A stretch of DNA of 28,871 nucleotides from Trichoplax adhaerens (lineage: Eukaryota; Animalia; Placozoa). The position numbers were made by a program, and so were the translations under genes. Position 1 is the first letter of the stretch. The number at the start of each line of letters is the position of its first letter. The stretch is from the NCBI RefSeq assembly GCF_000150275.1, contig NW_002060983.1, positions 24,672 to 53,542 on the forward strand, written 5' to 3'. Below the pieces are notes generated by a model. The model was given only the letters and a program-made list of their open reading frames with translations, had not been told where the DNA came from and searched no databases. Shown in pieces: positions 11,543 through 23,246 of this stretch.

Positions 11543-12140
11543 TTATTCTACAACAGTTATGGAGCAAAAATTGCCACCTTCATTTTTACTTTCCAAGTTT
11601 GAGCAACATAGGTGTTTGTTCATCATTCTATTTTGTGCAAGGACTGTGAGTGGCGCAACTTTCCGTTTGTAGCGCAATTTGGTTCTTAACCGTTGTAGAA
11701 ATGATTTTAGCGCCATTCTAAAATTGGTGCTAGCAAAATTGTAAAGAACTCGATTAATTAAACATGCAAGTAAAGTAATTGCTTCAGAAGTTTGAAAGAA
11801 GTCCCAAAATATAGCAAATAAATGCACATAATAAATGGTTCATGTAGACTTCCAGTATAATAAATTTAGTAGTATCGTGTTTAAAATTACTGTGATGCTA
11901 TTGGAGTTGCCATATGATTATTATAGTTTAAGAAATTAATAACTCTTAAATTAGATATAGAATTTAAGAAACACGTTAGAAAATTCTACGAAAGGCGAAT
12001 TTAGCTGACTAGGCTATTCCCCCTATACATAAAGATTAACAAGTAATGGTGTGCCCGATAAATCAACCAATTACTTTAGTGATAAAGGTATATGCGAGTC
12101 TATGGTCTGAATTGGGCTAATGGCGCGATACATATTTTTG
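11543..12140 (-). pseudogene. GPCR pseudogene remnant, paralog of the 6440 gene
   Basis: FWDFFQTSEAITLLACLINRVLYNFASTNFRMALKSFLQR closely matches FWTFFQISGTIMLLPCVINPMLYNFASTNFKSAVRSLLQK; YRAISP (end of TM3) near 12115-12130. Region upstream of 11830 is heavily degraded. Confidence 0.8.
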
Positions 12141-13217
12141 ACGGTGTTGTCATTAAGAATAGAATAATCAAGCGCGACATTGGGTGGCTAAATCACTAGA
12201 TGAAATCCACGTTGATGATTGGATTAAGTTGGCATAACGAGACCCGACGTGGAGATGTTTTGGTGTAGGATTATTCCTACTGTTTAAGTAGATTTATTAT
12301 GTGCAGTATGGAACAAGTGTTTGAACATTATAACGTACTTTGACTCGGAAATGCGATTAAAACAAGTATTCTAACAACATGACTTTATCAGAGACTATAA
12401 TCCTGCTCGTAATATAGCTGGTTAGATGTGTTGCTAAAGAAAGCTAAACTGCAATATATGCTTTAGATATCCTTAATAGAGTAGTAGAGTTGTTTTTATC
12501 CGTTCTTTCGAGCCTCTTATAGTGAGTCAGATTTTGTTAGTACGGCTTACTACGACTAGTTGTTACACTATCATATTTAATATTTTGCGTCATTGTGTAT
12601 ATATAATAATTTTAATTTGCATGCAAGTAAAATTTTCCGGTATTCATTGTAAGACGTTTGTTCTTAATTTACTTTTAAGTTTATTAAAAGATGACGTAAT
12701 ATTATCCTATTTCTTGTTTACTGTAAACAACTAAAAGTAACTTTATTGAGTGTTGCTAAGGCAGCAGCCTTATCAGTAACTTGTTATTAAAAATATTACA
12801 TTAAATTTGCAGTATCGTAAATTGCTCTTATTTAAGAGAAATTTTAAATTGTGCCTTCTGTAATTAAATTATTAAAATTTGCTAATTTAATAAATTTGAT
12901 ATGTTATTCATTTTAGAAATTCTATTATAATTTTGTTATATTTGTAACTGATAGGTTTTAATTTTCGATAGCACAGAAGCATAAAGGACATATAAATTAG
13001 ACATGAAATACACAGTAATGTAGGTTTGCTATTTAGATGGTATGTGTGCATTGAAATATATCATCATCCTTTACATTTATGAACTACTATAATTTATAGG
13101 TATCTAATAAGATTTTTATCCATTTAAGGTCAATATATTGAATGAAAAAATTTTTCAGTTTAGCAAAATAGCTTTAAAGTAAAGCAATGCATAGTTTTAA
13201 AAACAGAATTGTAAAAG

Positions 13218-13526
13218 TGTAGTGCAGCCCCAAATATAGCTTAGATTACTATTATAAGACTGTACGAGAATAACTTAACTTGTAAGCTAGAGTGTAAGAT
13301 TGTGTAAGAGTCTATTTGTAGAAGATGTTTACAGTACGTATTGTAGCGAATCTATTAAGATATTTATATAAAGATCTGAGATATAAATAGATTTGCGCTA
13401 AGTATGTTAGTACTGTAAGTATTGTATTGTAACGCTTTAAATAGATGCGCGAATTATGAATAAATTGCGCGATAGTAAATTTAGATCTGATCTTGCGACT
13501 TAATGGGCAAGATAAGATTTGTTACA
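13218..13526 (+). mobile_element. Short TGT...ACA element, family G (309 bp)
   Basis: TGTAGT...GTTACA flanked by direct repeat GTAAAAG (13211-13217 and 13527-13533); TATAAA and AATAAA inside; 3' hairpin ATCTTGC-N10-GCAAGAT. Single copy in this window. Confidence 0.55.
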
Positions 13527-13581
13527 GTAAAAGCATTCTGTAACTAATCGTATATAAATCGTGAATTTTGCTGTAATAAGT

Positions 13582-13621
13582 AGATTGTCAGATTGTCAGA
13601 TAGTCAGATAGTCAGATAGTC
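13582..13621. repeat. 8-bp tandem repeat (AGATTGTC x2, AGATAGTC x3)
   Basis: Directly visible in the sequence. Confidence 0.9.
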
Positions 13622-13631
13622 CTTGGTAGAT

Positions 13632-14800
13632 TGTGAACCGAATCATACAGCAGTCGTAGGCAAGAGTTTATACCATTTTTTTTACTGACCTAGATATCTT
13701 TGACTTTCCATTCGTTTAATAAATACGATATGCACGCCTCATGATAGTAAGAAGATCTCTAAACTTAATTTGTTAATTTAATTAATTCCATGAATAACAT
13801 TATCATTTATTCACCAATAATGCAAGAATTATAATAATAAACAATAGAGTTGGGGGTTCCGAGAATCTCACANCCTTGCAATAAAACANGCTTTGCAACA
13901 AGATAACCTAATATACGATAAATAAGTCTATTATTTGAACGACGTATCAGGGAGCAATATCTACTCTTTTCCGGAACACTTTTTCTAGACTAGTAGACGA
14001 CAAAAAGACTTAAACGCCTCCTATCTTACGTTAAATATTAATTTTAAGAACTCCCTTTATTGTACGATATCTCGCTGTGACGGAGCTCGCCCCGAAATGA
14101 ATAATATTTTGATCTAATATGTGTAATAATGTTATTATGGAGGTAGCCAATCTCGACAACAACCTAGTTATTACTTGAGTTTTGTTATTAATTATCGTAG
14201 TAATATATAGCGTGGATATTGTGCTAGCAATTAAAATGTCAAGCTGTAAAGATTATTATGTTAGTTAACTATGTGCTAATTAATAATCTTAATTAGTGGC
14301 AAGTATCAAGTAACACTCGATCTAGTCGGATCTATAGTAAGCCTGTATTGCAAATTAAATAACTTAATGTGAAAGATTAGCACCGGGCTTATTTGTGTGA
14401 CACATGAAACTGTATATAAGCTTGATTATTACCGTTTAATCTTAGTTCCTCTGAGGTTAACGTAGAGTACACTAGTATAACCTAAACGGACTAGTAATAA
14501 AGATATTTATTAACCTAAACCTATCGTTTGACTCTATTAATATAGTATAGGAATAAGTTAGTTTTTCCTTACTGAGGACCTCCGGAGTTAGCCGGAGAAC
14601 CATAAGAGTAGAAAGACTAGTTTAGGTACGATCACGAAAGCTGTTTTGTGACACTCGCATTTAGCAAAGACATCCTAGTTAGTAATGTTAATATTGAAAC
14701 CTGCTAATGAATCAAAAGTTAATTTTATCTAATGCTTCCTAATGAAGACAACAGTATTTACGAATATTAACAAATGACTAATACAAAATTGTCAAATAAC
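13632..14800 (+). repeat. Segmental duplication, copy 1 (partner 19018-20321)
   Basis: Near-identical to 19018-20321 starting at TGTGAACCGAATCATAC; lacks a ~110-bp block present at ~19252-19358. Confidence 0.92.
14076..14653 (+). mobile_element. Solo-LTR-like element, family C, copy C1 (578 bp)
   Basis: TGTGAC...GTGACA termini; perfect TSD CTCGC; TATATAA at 14413 and AATAAA at 14496; absent from the paralogous site near 10260. Confidence 0.92.
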
Positions 14801-14846
14801 AATGTGCCCTGTCGCGAAATATTTCTACGATAATCTACAATCTATC

Positions 14847-15468
14847 TGTTACGAGCTAGGAATAGTCCTAACTTGCAATAAGGATTGAGAGAGTTATCTC
14901 TACCCTTTACCGCAGTTATTTGGAATACCAGACAATTGGTATTCCAAGGCAGACTAGGTTTAATACAGCAATACCTTCAAAACTAAACAGAAAATCACAA
15001 TCTTATTTATTGTCGACGAACTCGCCGTTTATATAGGCTTCGGACCTAGAACCGATTTAGCTACACTAATCACCTCTTCTATTAGAAATTAACCAAATTA
15101 ATGCCCTAAAGAGATTCTATCTGTACAGATTAGATACAGTCTAATCTTATTAAATTTACTGTAACAGTACTAAAATAATCAAAGCTTATTGATAGTTTAA
15201 AAGGTACATATAGAGCTATCTTACTAAGACATTTCCTCCAAACTTATGAATTGTACTTTGAACCTTAATAACCTTGGAGGTGATAGATATAATCAAGTTT
15301 AGCTTCTTGGCAATTACTATTTTAGTCTATGTCATCCTAAATTAAGGATATCAACTGTTAAGCACTGAAATTACAATTAACGAGACCTTAAAACATTTAT
15401 GAGATATGAACATATATAGAACATAATATAGAAATAAAGTATACGTCACGAAGATTATTTTCGTGACA
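14847..15468 (-). mobile_element. Solo-LTR-like element, family E (622 bp)
   Basis: TGTTACGA...TCGTGACA termini; boundaries confirmed by the empty site in the paralog (~10055-10060); TSD degenerate (CTATC/GTTTC); minus-strand TATATAAA (15035-15028) then AATAAA (15011-15006); perfect hairpin GTCACGAA-N7-TTCGTGAC. Confidence 0.8.
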
Positions 15469-16739
15469 GTTTCATAATTAAGTTACAATCACAGCGATTT
15501 AAATAGCAAGAAGATTATTCCCGACTCTCTAATTAAACTACTAATTTTAGTTGGCTGTATTTATGTCTATCACTCTAAAAGCTAGTGCTATATTTAAATA
15601 TCAGATATCTAAATAAGAAACACTTCAAATAAGAATAAATCTACAAAATTATCCTAACTAATATAGATATTTCCACTGTAATCCAGATATTATAGAATAT
15701 AACACTGTACCACACTTATAAATATCACTCATGATATTGCATATTAGAGATAAGGTACTGGTTACAACAATAAGTATAATATAAATCTTGCAGTTCATAA
15801 TAAATAATTATAATTAATACGTAGATTATAATTTTTATAAATATAATTGTCCTTCACGAACCCTTCTAAAATCACCTAAATAATCACTATCTAACTTGAA
15901 GCTATAGATATTCTTTCTGAATTGCCCTTTAATAGCTCTCGACTATTCTAATAAGACATGAATATAGAAAGCTTTACCTTGCTACATATTTTCTCTAATC
16001 TATTATTAGTTATCTGCTACTATTTGTGCAATACGTTTTGGTATGACGAGCAATGCTCATGATAGGATTGTTTCTGAATTTAATCATTACTATTACTGTA
16101 CTTACTGTGAGCCAATCCTATACCTATACTGTATAATGTACAGTATAAGATATAACAATAATGTTAATAATACCTCCCTTACTTTATTCTCGTAGTCCGC
16201 ATGAGTCAATTTGTGGCTTTAAGCCATTCTCCAAATCGACTACATCGAGTAAAAATCTATACCCGCGTATACGCAACTACACAGCAACTTTTGTCTTAAG
16301 TTTAGCTGTTTCTTTTAACTTTATTGTAGGTCAACGACTTTGAATAAGGGAAGATATAGACTGTCACATTGTAGACATCATGGTTTAAGCAACTTACGCC
16401 AAGTATTGAAGATATCGATGTTGATATACATGCATTTACTCTAGGCAAGCTACTATCAGTCTTCTGACTTCTCGGACAAATCCTTCAGATGTGCATTACT
16501 GTATGCTAGATAAAAAAGGATTGCATAGGATGCTAAAGCTATCATAATTCAAGTTTCTAGTATAATCTGCTGAAATAACAGTAATACATAAAATTTTAAA
16601 TTTTTGGCTGACTTAGCCGGCCTGTTAGTAGTTGAAAAATATTCCGATATTCTCATAAATGGTTTTTGCGTTATTTGGATAGATAATTTCATTGTAATAC
16701 ACACGCAAGATACAGTAGTGCAATGAAATAAAAAAAAAT

Positions 16740-16948
16740 CACTGTTACAGAGCTTGATGCTTATTGTGCAGTACTTGCAATAATTAGTAGTAAATAAAAT
16801 TCAATTAACCTAAATTCCTATTTTTTGACTAAATTCTGAAATATTGGATTAAATTAGTTTCCTAATGCAAAACGTCTACAAAATTAGTCAGAGGTTAAGT
16901 ACAGTAGATAGACTAGTTAGGTCCGATCACAAAAGCTGATTTGTGGCT
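16740..16948 (+). mobile_element. Diverged 3' part of a family C/D element
   Basis: ATTAACCTAAA...TTTGACT...AGTAGATAGACTAGTTAGGTCCGATCACAAAAGCTGATTTGTG matches the C/D 3' end. It may start at the TGTCAC at 16362, which is unverified. Confidence 0.65.
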
Positions 16949-16965
16949 AGCAGTTATTATGTTAC

Positions 16966-17356
16966 TGTAATGTAACTAGTATTGTGATTGTAGACTGTTA
17001 GCCATGTTTAGTATAATTTACAGTAGATATTTATCCTAAGAGATATTTGGTAGCTATAACTATAGACTGTATTGGTAGAGACTCTATGCTAGAGTACAGA
17101 TAACTATATACAGTAAGCTGTTGAGTTACTAATAAGGCTATAGGTAAAAATAAAACTGTAAATCATATATTAGGATATGGTCAATTCATTGTACTTTGAC
17201 TGGTGTGAATAATGTCTACGTAAATACTGTAGTCGTATCCATATCGGATTAATGATGGTCCGCAGTAGAATAGTGTTACTAAGAATAATTTAACTATGTG
17301 TAAAATAAGGTAAAAGGCAACCATGCGGATAGTAGCTGCGAATGCTACGAAAAGTT
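16966..17356 (+). mobile_element. Family B copy B2, cut by an assembly gap
   Basis: Highly similar to 5825-6215; left flank is GTTAC. Confidence 0.88.
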
Positions 17357-17406
17357 NNNNNNNNNNNNNNNNNNNNNNNNNNNNNNNNNNNNNNNNNNNN
17401 NNNNNN
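17357..17406. other. Assembly gap (50 N)
   Basis: Run of N. Confidence 0.99.
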
Positions 17407-18139
17407 GTAGCATTGTAGCAGTCAACATAGGTAAAATTTTTTTACTTACAGCCTAACTATTCTTGAAGAATTGTTTTTTTATTCGATGAATTAAATGACT
17501 ATCAGAAAAGATAGCATCTTGATTAGTAATTAATCATGGCCACAATTTTATGCGCGCTGGTTGCTTTACAAATAGTAATTTGATTGAATCGTAAAAGTTT
17601 TCACTAAGCAAAATTGTTAAAAATTGTATTTATGACCGAAGAAATAACTTACATTAACAGAAAGGACTAAGATATTTATAAATAACAAACTAAGTATATT
17701 CGATTTCAACGTTATAATAATACTAGCAGGTATATAAATGAACATTGAGAAATAAGGTAAAATAAGAAATAATGACAGAAAGGTGCCAATTAAGTAAGAT
17801 ATATGTTGTACGAATCCTTTATTAAAAGCTCTCGATTCGAAATCTTGATATAGAGAAGAATTAATTGCGGGGGTTCTAAATTTTAACTTGTAAAGCAGTT
17901 TAGTATAACACCAGATGATTATTGAATTTAGGACAACGGCAGTCTAATCAATAAAAGTCAGATTAAATACTGAGTGATAGACCTAGTTACCATGCATTGA
18001 ACAGTAATGCTGCATTATAGCATTGACTGTTAAAGTGTTCATAACCAAACGTGATAGGATAATAATCGCCATGCACATTAAAATCAGTAGACGATTCATT
18101 CTATTGATATTTAAATGTGCAGAAAATGGCTTAGCAATA

Positions 18140-18500
18140 TTCTACCTTGATTTACACGTAGTCAAATTATTATTACTGCCAACATTTTACAGCGGACCAT
18201 CATTAATCCGATATGGAAACAACTACAGTGTTTCCGTTGATATTTTTCTTAGCAGTCAAAGTACGGTAAACTAAGCATATCCTAATGTATGAATTACGGT
18301 TCTATTTTTACCTCTAGCCTTAACAGTGACTCAACTCCTTACTAAATATCATCTTTAAGATACTACAGAACATAATCTATCATCACATATCATATTAGCG
18401 AGCTAACAAATACGTCTTAGATAAGTATAGAAAGTTACGTTTCCGTACTTCTTACTAACATGGCTAAAATTCTACAATCACAGCACTAAATTTCGTTACA
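18140..18500 (-). mobile_element. Diverged partial family B copy (B4)
   Basis: Reverse complement matches B2 (e.g. GCGGACCATCATTAATCCGATATGGA, CAGTCAAAGTAC, CATATCCTAAT, TCTACAATCACA); begins TGTAAC at 18500. Confidence 0.8.
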
Positions 18501-19017
18501 TATGGATATTAATCTATAAATGTAATGGCTGATATCACTTAACCAGTACAGCAAGCCAGATAAGGATAAATTCGTAATTAATTGTGCTGTGGTTGTCTTT
18601 TACATTTCTTGTAAGAAATGAAGCTGAAAACAGTGATATTAAATATAATCCCAAAGCAGTTTACAATTATAATACCAATCGCGATGGAAAATTATTAAAT
18701 TCTAAGATTTTCAAGTTAAGTTTTAGCTCTATTTTTCATTCTAACACGTATTTCGCAAATGGCTAAATTTAAATTTTTATTTAAAGCAGTGTATTTAATA
18801 TCTTATTCTTTTCAAGGCACAGTTACACTTTGCCCTGTATTGCCTCACAGAGTGCTTAGCAGGTTGTAAATTTGACAGATCAGGAGTCAAACTGTATTTA
18901 TCGTTAGCAGATGTAGCATTTAATCTCAATATTTTAGCGAATTGGATATATTCCGGTATGGATATAATTTAATGCCTGTGAACAATATTCCTTGAGCTGA
19001 TTAATTTAATTATTTAC

Positions 19018-20321
19018 TGTGAACCGAATCATACAGCAGTCGTAGGCAAGAGTTTATAACATTTTTTTACTGACCTAGGTATCTTTGACTTTCCATTCGT
19101 TTAATAAATACGATATGCACGCCTCATGATAGTAAGAAGATCTCTAAATTTAATTTGTTAATTTAATTAATTCCATAAATAATATTATCATTTAATCATC
19201 AATAATGCAAGAATTATAATAATAAACAATAGAGTTGGGGGTTCCGAGAATCGTGACGCACTTTATTCATAGCTAACCGAACCCAAACATGCAGATGTGG
19301 ATAAAGTATGCTGCAGTATGTTAAGGTTGGATTAGATAGATAGTTAAATATGAAGTATCACACCTTGCAATAAAACAGCTTTGCAATAAGATAACCTAAT
19401 ATAGATAAATAAGTCTATTATTTGAACCACGTATCAGGGAGCAATATCTACTCTTTTCCGGAACACTTTTTCTAGACTAGTAGACGACAAAAAGACTTAA
19501 ACGCCTCCTATCTTACGTTAAATATTAATTTTAAGAACTGCCTTTATTGTACGATATCTCGCTGTGACGGAGCTCGCCCCGAAATGAATAATATTTTGGT
19601 CTAATATGTGTAATAATGTTATTATGGAGGTAGCCGATCTCGACAACAACCTAGTTATTAATTGAGTTTTGTTATTAATTATCGTAGTAATATATAGCGT
19701 GGATACTGTGTTAGTAATTAAAATGTCAAGCTGTGAATATTATTATGTTAGTTAACTATGTGCTAATTAATAATCTTAATTAGTGGTAAGTATCAAGTAA
19801 CACTCGATCTAGTCGGATCTATAGTAAGCCTGTATTGTAAATTAAATAATTTAATGTGAAAGATTAGCACCGGGCTTATTTGTGTGACACATGAAACTGT
19901 ATATAAGCTTGATTATTACCGTTTAATCTTAGTTCCTCTGAGGTTAACGTAGAGTACGCTAGTATAACCTAAAACACTAGTATAACCTAAACGGACTAAT
20001 AAGATAAGATATTTATTAACCTAAACCTATCGTTTGACTCTATTAATATAGTATAGGAATATGTTAGTTTTTCCTAACTGAGGACCTCCGGAGTTAGCCG
20101 GAGAACCATAAGAGTAGATAGACTAGTTTAGGTAAGATCACGAAAGCTATTTTGTGACACTCGCATTTATATACTATTTTACAATAGCAAATACATCCTA
20201 GTTAGTAATGTTAATGTTGAAACCTGCTAATGAATCAAAAGTTAATTTTATCTAATGCTTCCTAATGAAGACAACAGTATTTACGAACATTAACGAATGA
20301 CTAATACAGATAGTCATATAA
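19018..20321 (+). repeat. Segmental duplication, copy 2 (partner 13632-14800)
   Basis: Same sequence as copy 1, including the C element and its TSD, with scattered substitutions and indels. Confidence 0.92.
19563..20159 (+). mobile_element. Family C copy C2, the same insertion as C1 duplicated with its flanks
   Basis: TSD CTCGC and flanks shared with C1; internal tandem duplication of CTAGTATAACCTAAA. Confidence 0.92.
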
Positions 20322-21341
20322 ATTTTTTTGATAAGCGATTACTGTGATCTTCATAAAAAGCGAATTTTTCCGGATTTGTGTCCGATATAGTTTTCGGATT
20401 CTGGGACCGGTCGGGTTTGTGTCCGATATAATTTTCCTGTTTTGGAACCGGTCGGGTTTATTTTTAATTTATGTCTGAATTATAATTTTTCTGTTTTAAT
20501 TTTTGGATTTTTGTTCATAAAAAATATCGTAAGAGTTGATTTTTGAGATTTGGACTTTTTGTTATGAATTTGAAACTTTGGAATTTTATGACGTGACTTG
20601 AAGTCACATTAGGAGATTTAGTGAGAAAAATAGAAAATAAGATGGAAATTGGCAGAGGTTGTGTTGATTGTTAGGTAGTTAGAATGTTGTTTTTATGACT
20701 AAATCTTGATGTTTAAAGGTTGATTTTTAGACTTTTATAGTGTATTAATGATAGAAATTATGTTAGAAATGAAGTTTGATGTATTTTTATAGTTAGCTTA
20801 TTACTTTTATAGTGTTTTGCAAGGGAATCGTAGGGTAAATTGTGTCTGAACTTTGAATGATTTTTGTTTTCTTAAATGGTGCAAAGTAGTTTTGTAAAAC
20901 GGATCGTAAGAGCGATTCGTTAGCAAATGTTTAGTTTTAAATACCTCTGACGGCTCTACGAAGCCTATAAATGATAGTGCAATTAGAAAATTTAGAGAGA
21001 GAGTAGAAGAAGATTTTATTTGAAGAACTTGTATAATTTAAAAGGCCTTCGGGGTCGAATTGTCGTAAGTTAAAACGTTGTTGTTTTTGAAAGGTTATTC
21101 GGTCGTTGACAGTTTTTAAGTCTGTCATTTATTTTAATAATACTTAAAGCTAAGTATTTGTAAGGTTGTTCGGTTTATACTTCTCTCCATTTTGTTTTAA
21201 AATAAATTGTTGTTGGGTTATTTCCCCAAATTTTATTTGGTGTCAAAGTATTAGCGTTAAGTCGACCGGAGTGCAACGAAAGTAGAATGAAAGTTTGTTA
21301 AGGTTTCGTAGCTTGATCTCTACACTTTTCATTTCATTACA
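20322..21341 (-). mobile_element. Truncated insertion H abutting B3; possible LTR at 20893-21341 plus leader sequence
   Basis: Starts TGTAATG on the minus strand exactly where B homology begins; a candidate other LTR end TGTAA lies at 20893; strong T/G strand skew; contains 41-bp tandem repeats. No TSD; orientation uncertain. Confidence 0.5.
20378..20459. repeat. 41-bp tandem repeat, 2 copies (GTGTCCGATATA...ACCGGTCGGGTTT), with degenerate flanking partial units
   Basis: Directly visible at 20378-20418 and 20419-20459. Confidence 0.85.
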
Positions 21342-21641
21342 TACGTAAATACTGTAGTTGTATCCATATCGGATTAATGATGGTCCGCAGTAGAATAGTG
21401 TTACTAAGAATAATTTAACTAAGTGTAAAATAAGGTAAAAGGTAGCCATGCGGACAGTAGCTGCGAATGCTACGAAAAGTATAAAAGCATGCAACTTTAG
21501 ATTATTCTGTTAGTTCGTTGTAGAAGTCTTTAGAAGTAGTATTCGGCTAGAGTAGAGCTGTGTGTAGTTAATCTTAGTATAAGATTCAATAAAGTCCTTA
21601 TTTTTCTAAAACTTGAAATTTCATGATTGGTATATATCACA
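21342..21641 (+). mobile_element. Family B copy B3 (5'-truncated)
   Basis: Matches 6077-6376 and ends TATATATCACA. Confidence 0.88.
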
Positions 21642-21642
21642 G

Positions 21643-22190
21643 TGTCACAAAACAGCTTTCGTGATCGGGCCTAGTCTATTCTATCTACTCTATCCGATCA
21701 CCGACTAACTTCAGGCAATCCTCTATAAGGGAAACTAACTTATTCCAATAGTAAAGAGACTGAGTCAAACGATAGATCTAGGTTAATAACTTTATTAACT
21801 TCTAGCTACACTAAGGCCTTCTCCTTTACACTAGTCTCAGGAGAACTTAAATACCCTTTCTTATTTACAGTCACTATACTTGTCGCCAATAATATTAGTT
21901 ACTCCAGTTAGCAAGTCTAATTATCACACACAACAACAGAGAACAATATTTATGTCCTATTTGTTAGACCATAATAATACACGATTAATAATCAGTAGCA
22001 ATAATAATATTAAGCGACCAACAATTATTGATTGCTAACTGCCTTAATACTGCGTATAGCAATTCCACACTAATAATACTTACTTCAATTACATGACAGC
22101 TATTTTCTACTACTAGGTGCTAGTCAGCATGGTCATACACGATTGTAAACAATTATTAATCGTAAACACGGAGCTACTAGCTCCGTAACA
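21643..22190 (-). mobile_element. Solo-LTR-like element, family D, copy D1 (548 bp)
   Basis: TGTCAC...GTAACA termini; perfect TSD CACAG (21638-21642 and 22191-22195); terminal 24 nt identical to the C1 3' end; perfect hairpin ACGGAGCTA-C-TAGCTCCGT at the other end. Confidence 0.92.
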
Positions 22191-23195
22191 CACAGTTACC
22201 TATTGATAGTAATTTTTTCTGATATTCATATTCAGTCATGAAGGTATTTATCAATAGCAAAGCTAATATATTGTGAAATCTTAGGTGCTTTATATTTTAA
22301 CGTTCTTATGCACCATCGCATTAGGCTTATATTGTATGATGTATAATGTATATTGTGACTGTAACGTAAAATCCTGCAAAATCAAAATCAAAATTAGTAA
22401 CTGACTCAGCGATTTTATTATACGCCTATAAATAAAATTTCTGCTGAAATTTATAACTATTAGGATATCATAAAAAATATTAACGATTCTAATGTCGAAC
22501 GAAATTTTGTATAAAAATACTGCAATCTGATAAAACGATTATATTATCGAATAATTAGTTCATAAGCTGTTGACATTTTTAATCTTTCAGTGTTTAGAAA
22601 TTTAATCAGCGTAAGATATATCATGACCACCTTATTAATTTCTTAAGCATCGAAATCCATAAAGTAGTCGAGGAATGGAAGTAGCAAATAATAAAGAACA
22701 AATTCAACAGACTACATCTTACTGACTCGTTGCTAAATTAGAAAGCTTGCATGTGTTAAATCGCGATTTCTATGCCTGTATTAATTGAAAGGTCAAAAGC
22801 TGAAAATTTATAAATATTAAGACACATTTGGATTTTATTAATTGATGGAAGAAAATATGCTATATTGTATACTGGAAGGTAGGCTGCATTAGCAGAAATA
22901 TTTATTCAGCTGAGTGTAACAAAAATCAATTAAATTTTTTATTTTCTCTTTACAACTTATAGTAGAATTGAAGTATAGATCATAAAAATGGAATAATCGA
23001 GCATTATTGCCTACCTATAATACTTTATGATTTTCAATTATCAACGAATAGTTAGCTAAATTCAGTTTTAACTGTTATTGTAGCCCGCATTTAATTAATC
23101 ATTACCTAAAGTATTGCTAACAGTGAAAGATATGAGCATTGATTAAGTTGTTTCAAGATTTAGGACGATCAATAAATCACAAGTTTCATCCACAT
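21643..23195 (+). repeat. ~1.55-kb near-identical direct duplication, copy 1
   Basis: About 9 differences from 23653-25207 counted by eye; ends at an N gap. Confidence 0.95.
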
Positions 23196-23196
23196 C

Positions 23197-23246
23197 NNNN
23201 NNNNNNNNNNNNNNNNNNNNNNNNNNNNNNNNNNNNNNNNNNNNNN
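23197..23246. other. Assembly gap (50 N)
   Basis: Run of N. Confidence 0.99.

Noticed and set aside
14076-20159. C1 and C2 as the paired LTRs of a 6-kb retrotransposon
   Set aside because: Both copies have CTCGC on both sides and share flanking sequence, which indicates one insertion duplicated with its surroundings; no gag/pol lies between them.
20378-20459. CRISPR-like array
   Set aside because: Two adjacent units with no unique spacers, in a eukaryotic context with no cas genes.
21243-21494. 83-aa ORF as a gene
   Set aside because: Chimeric read-through from B3 into insertion H.
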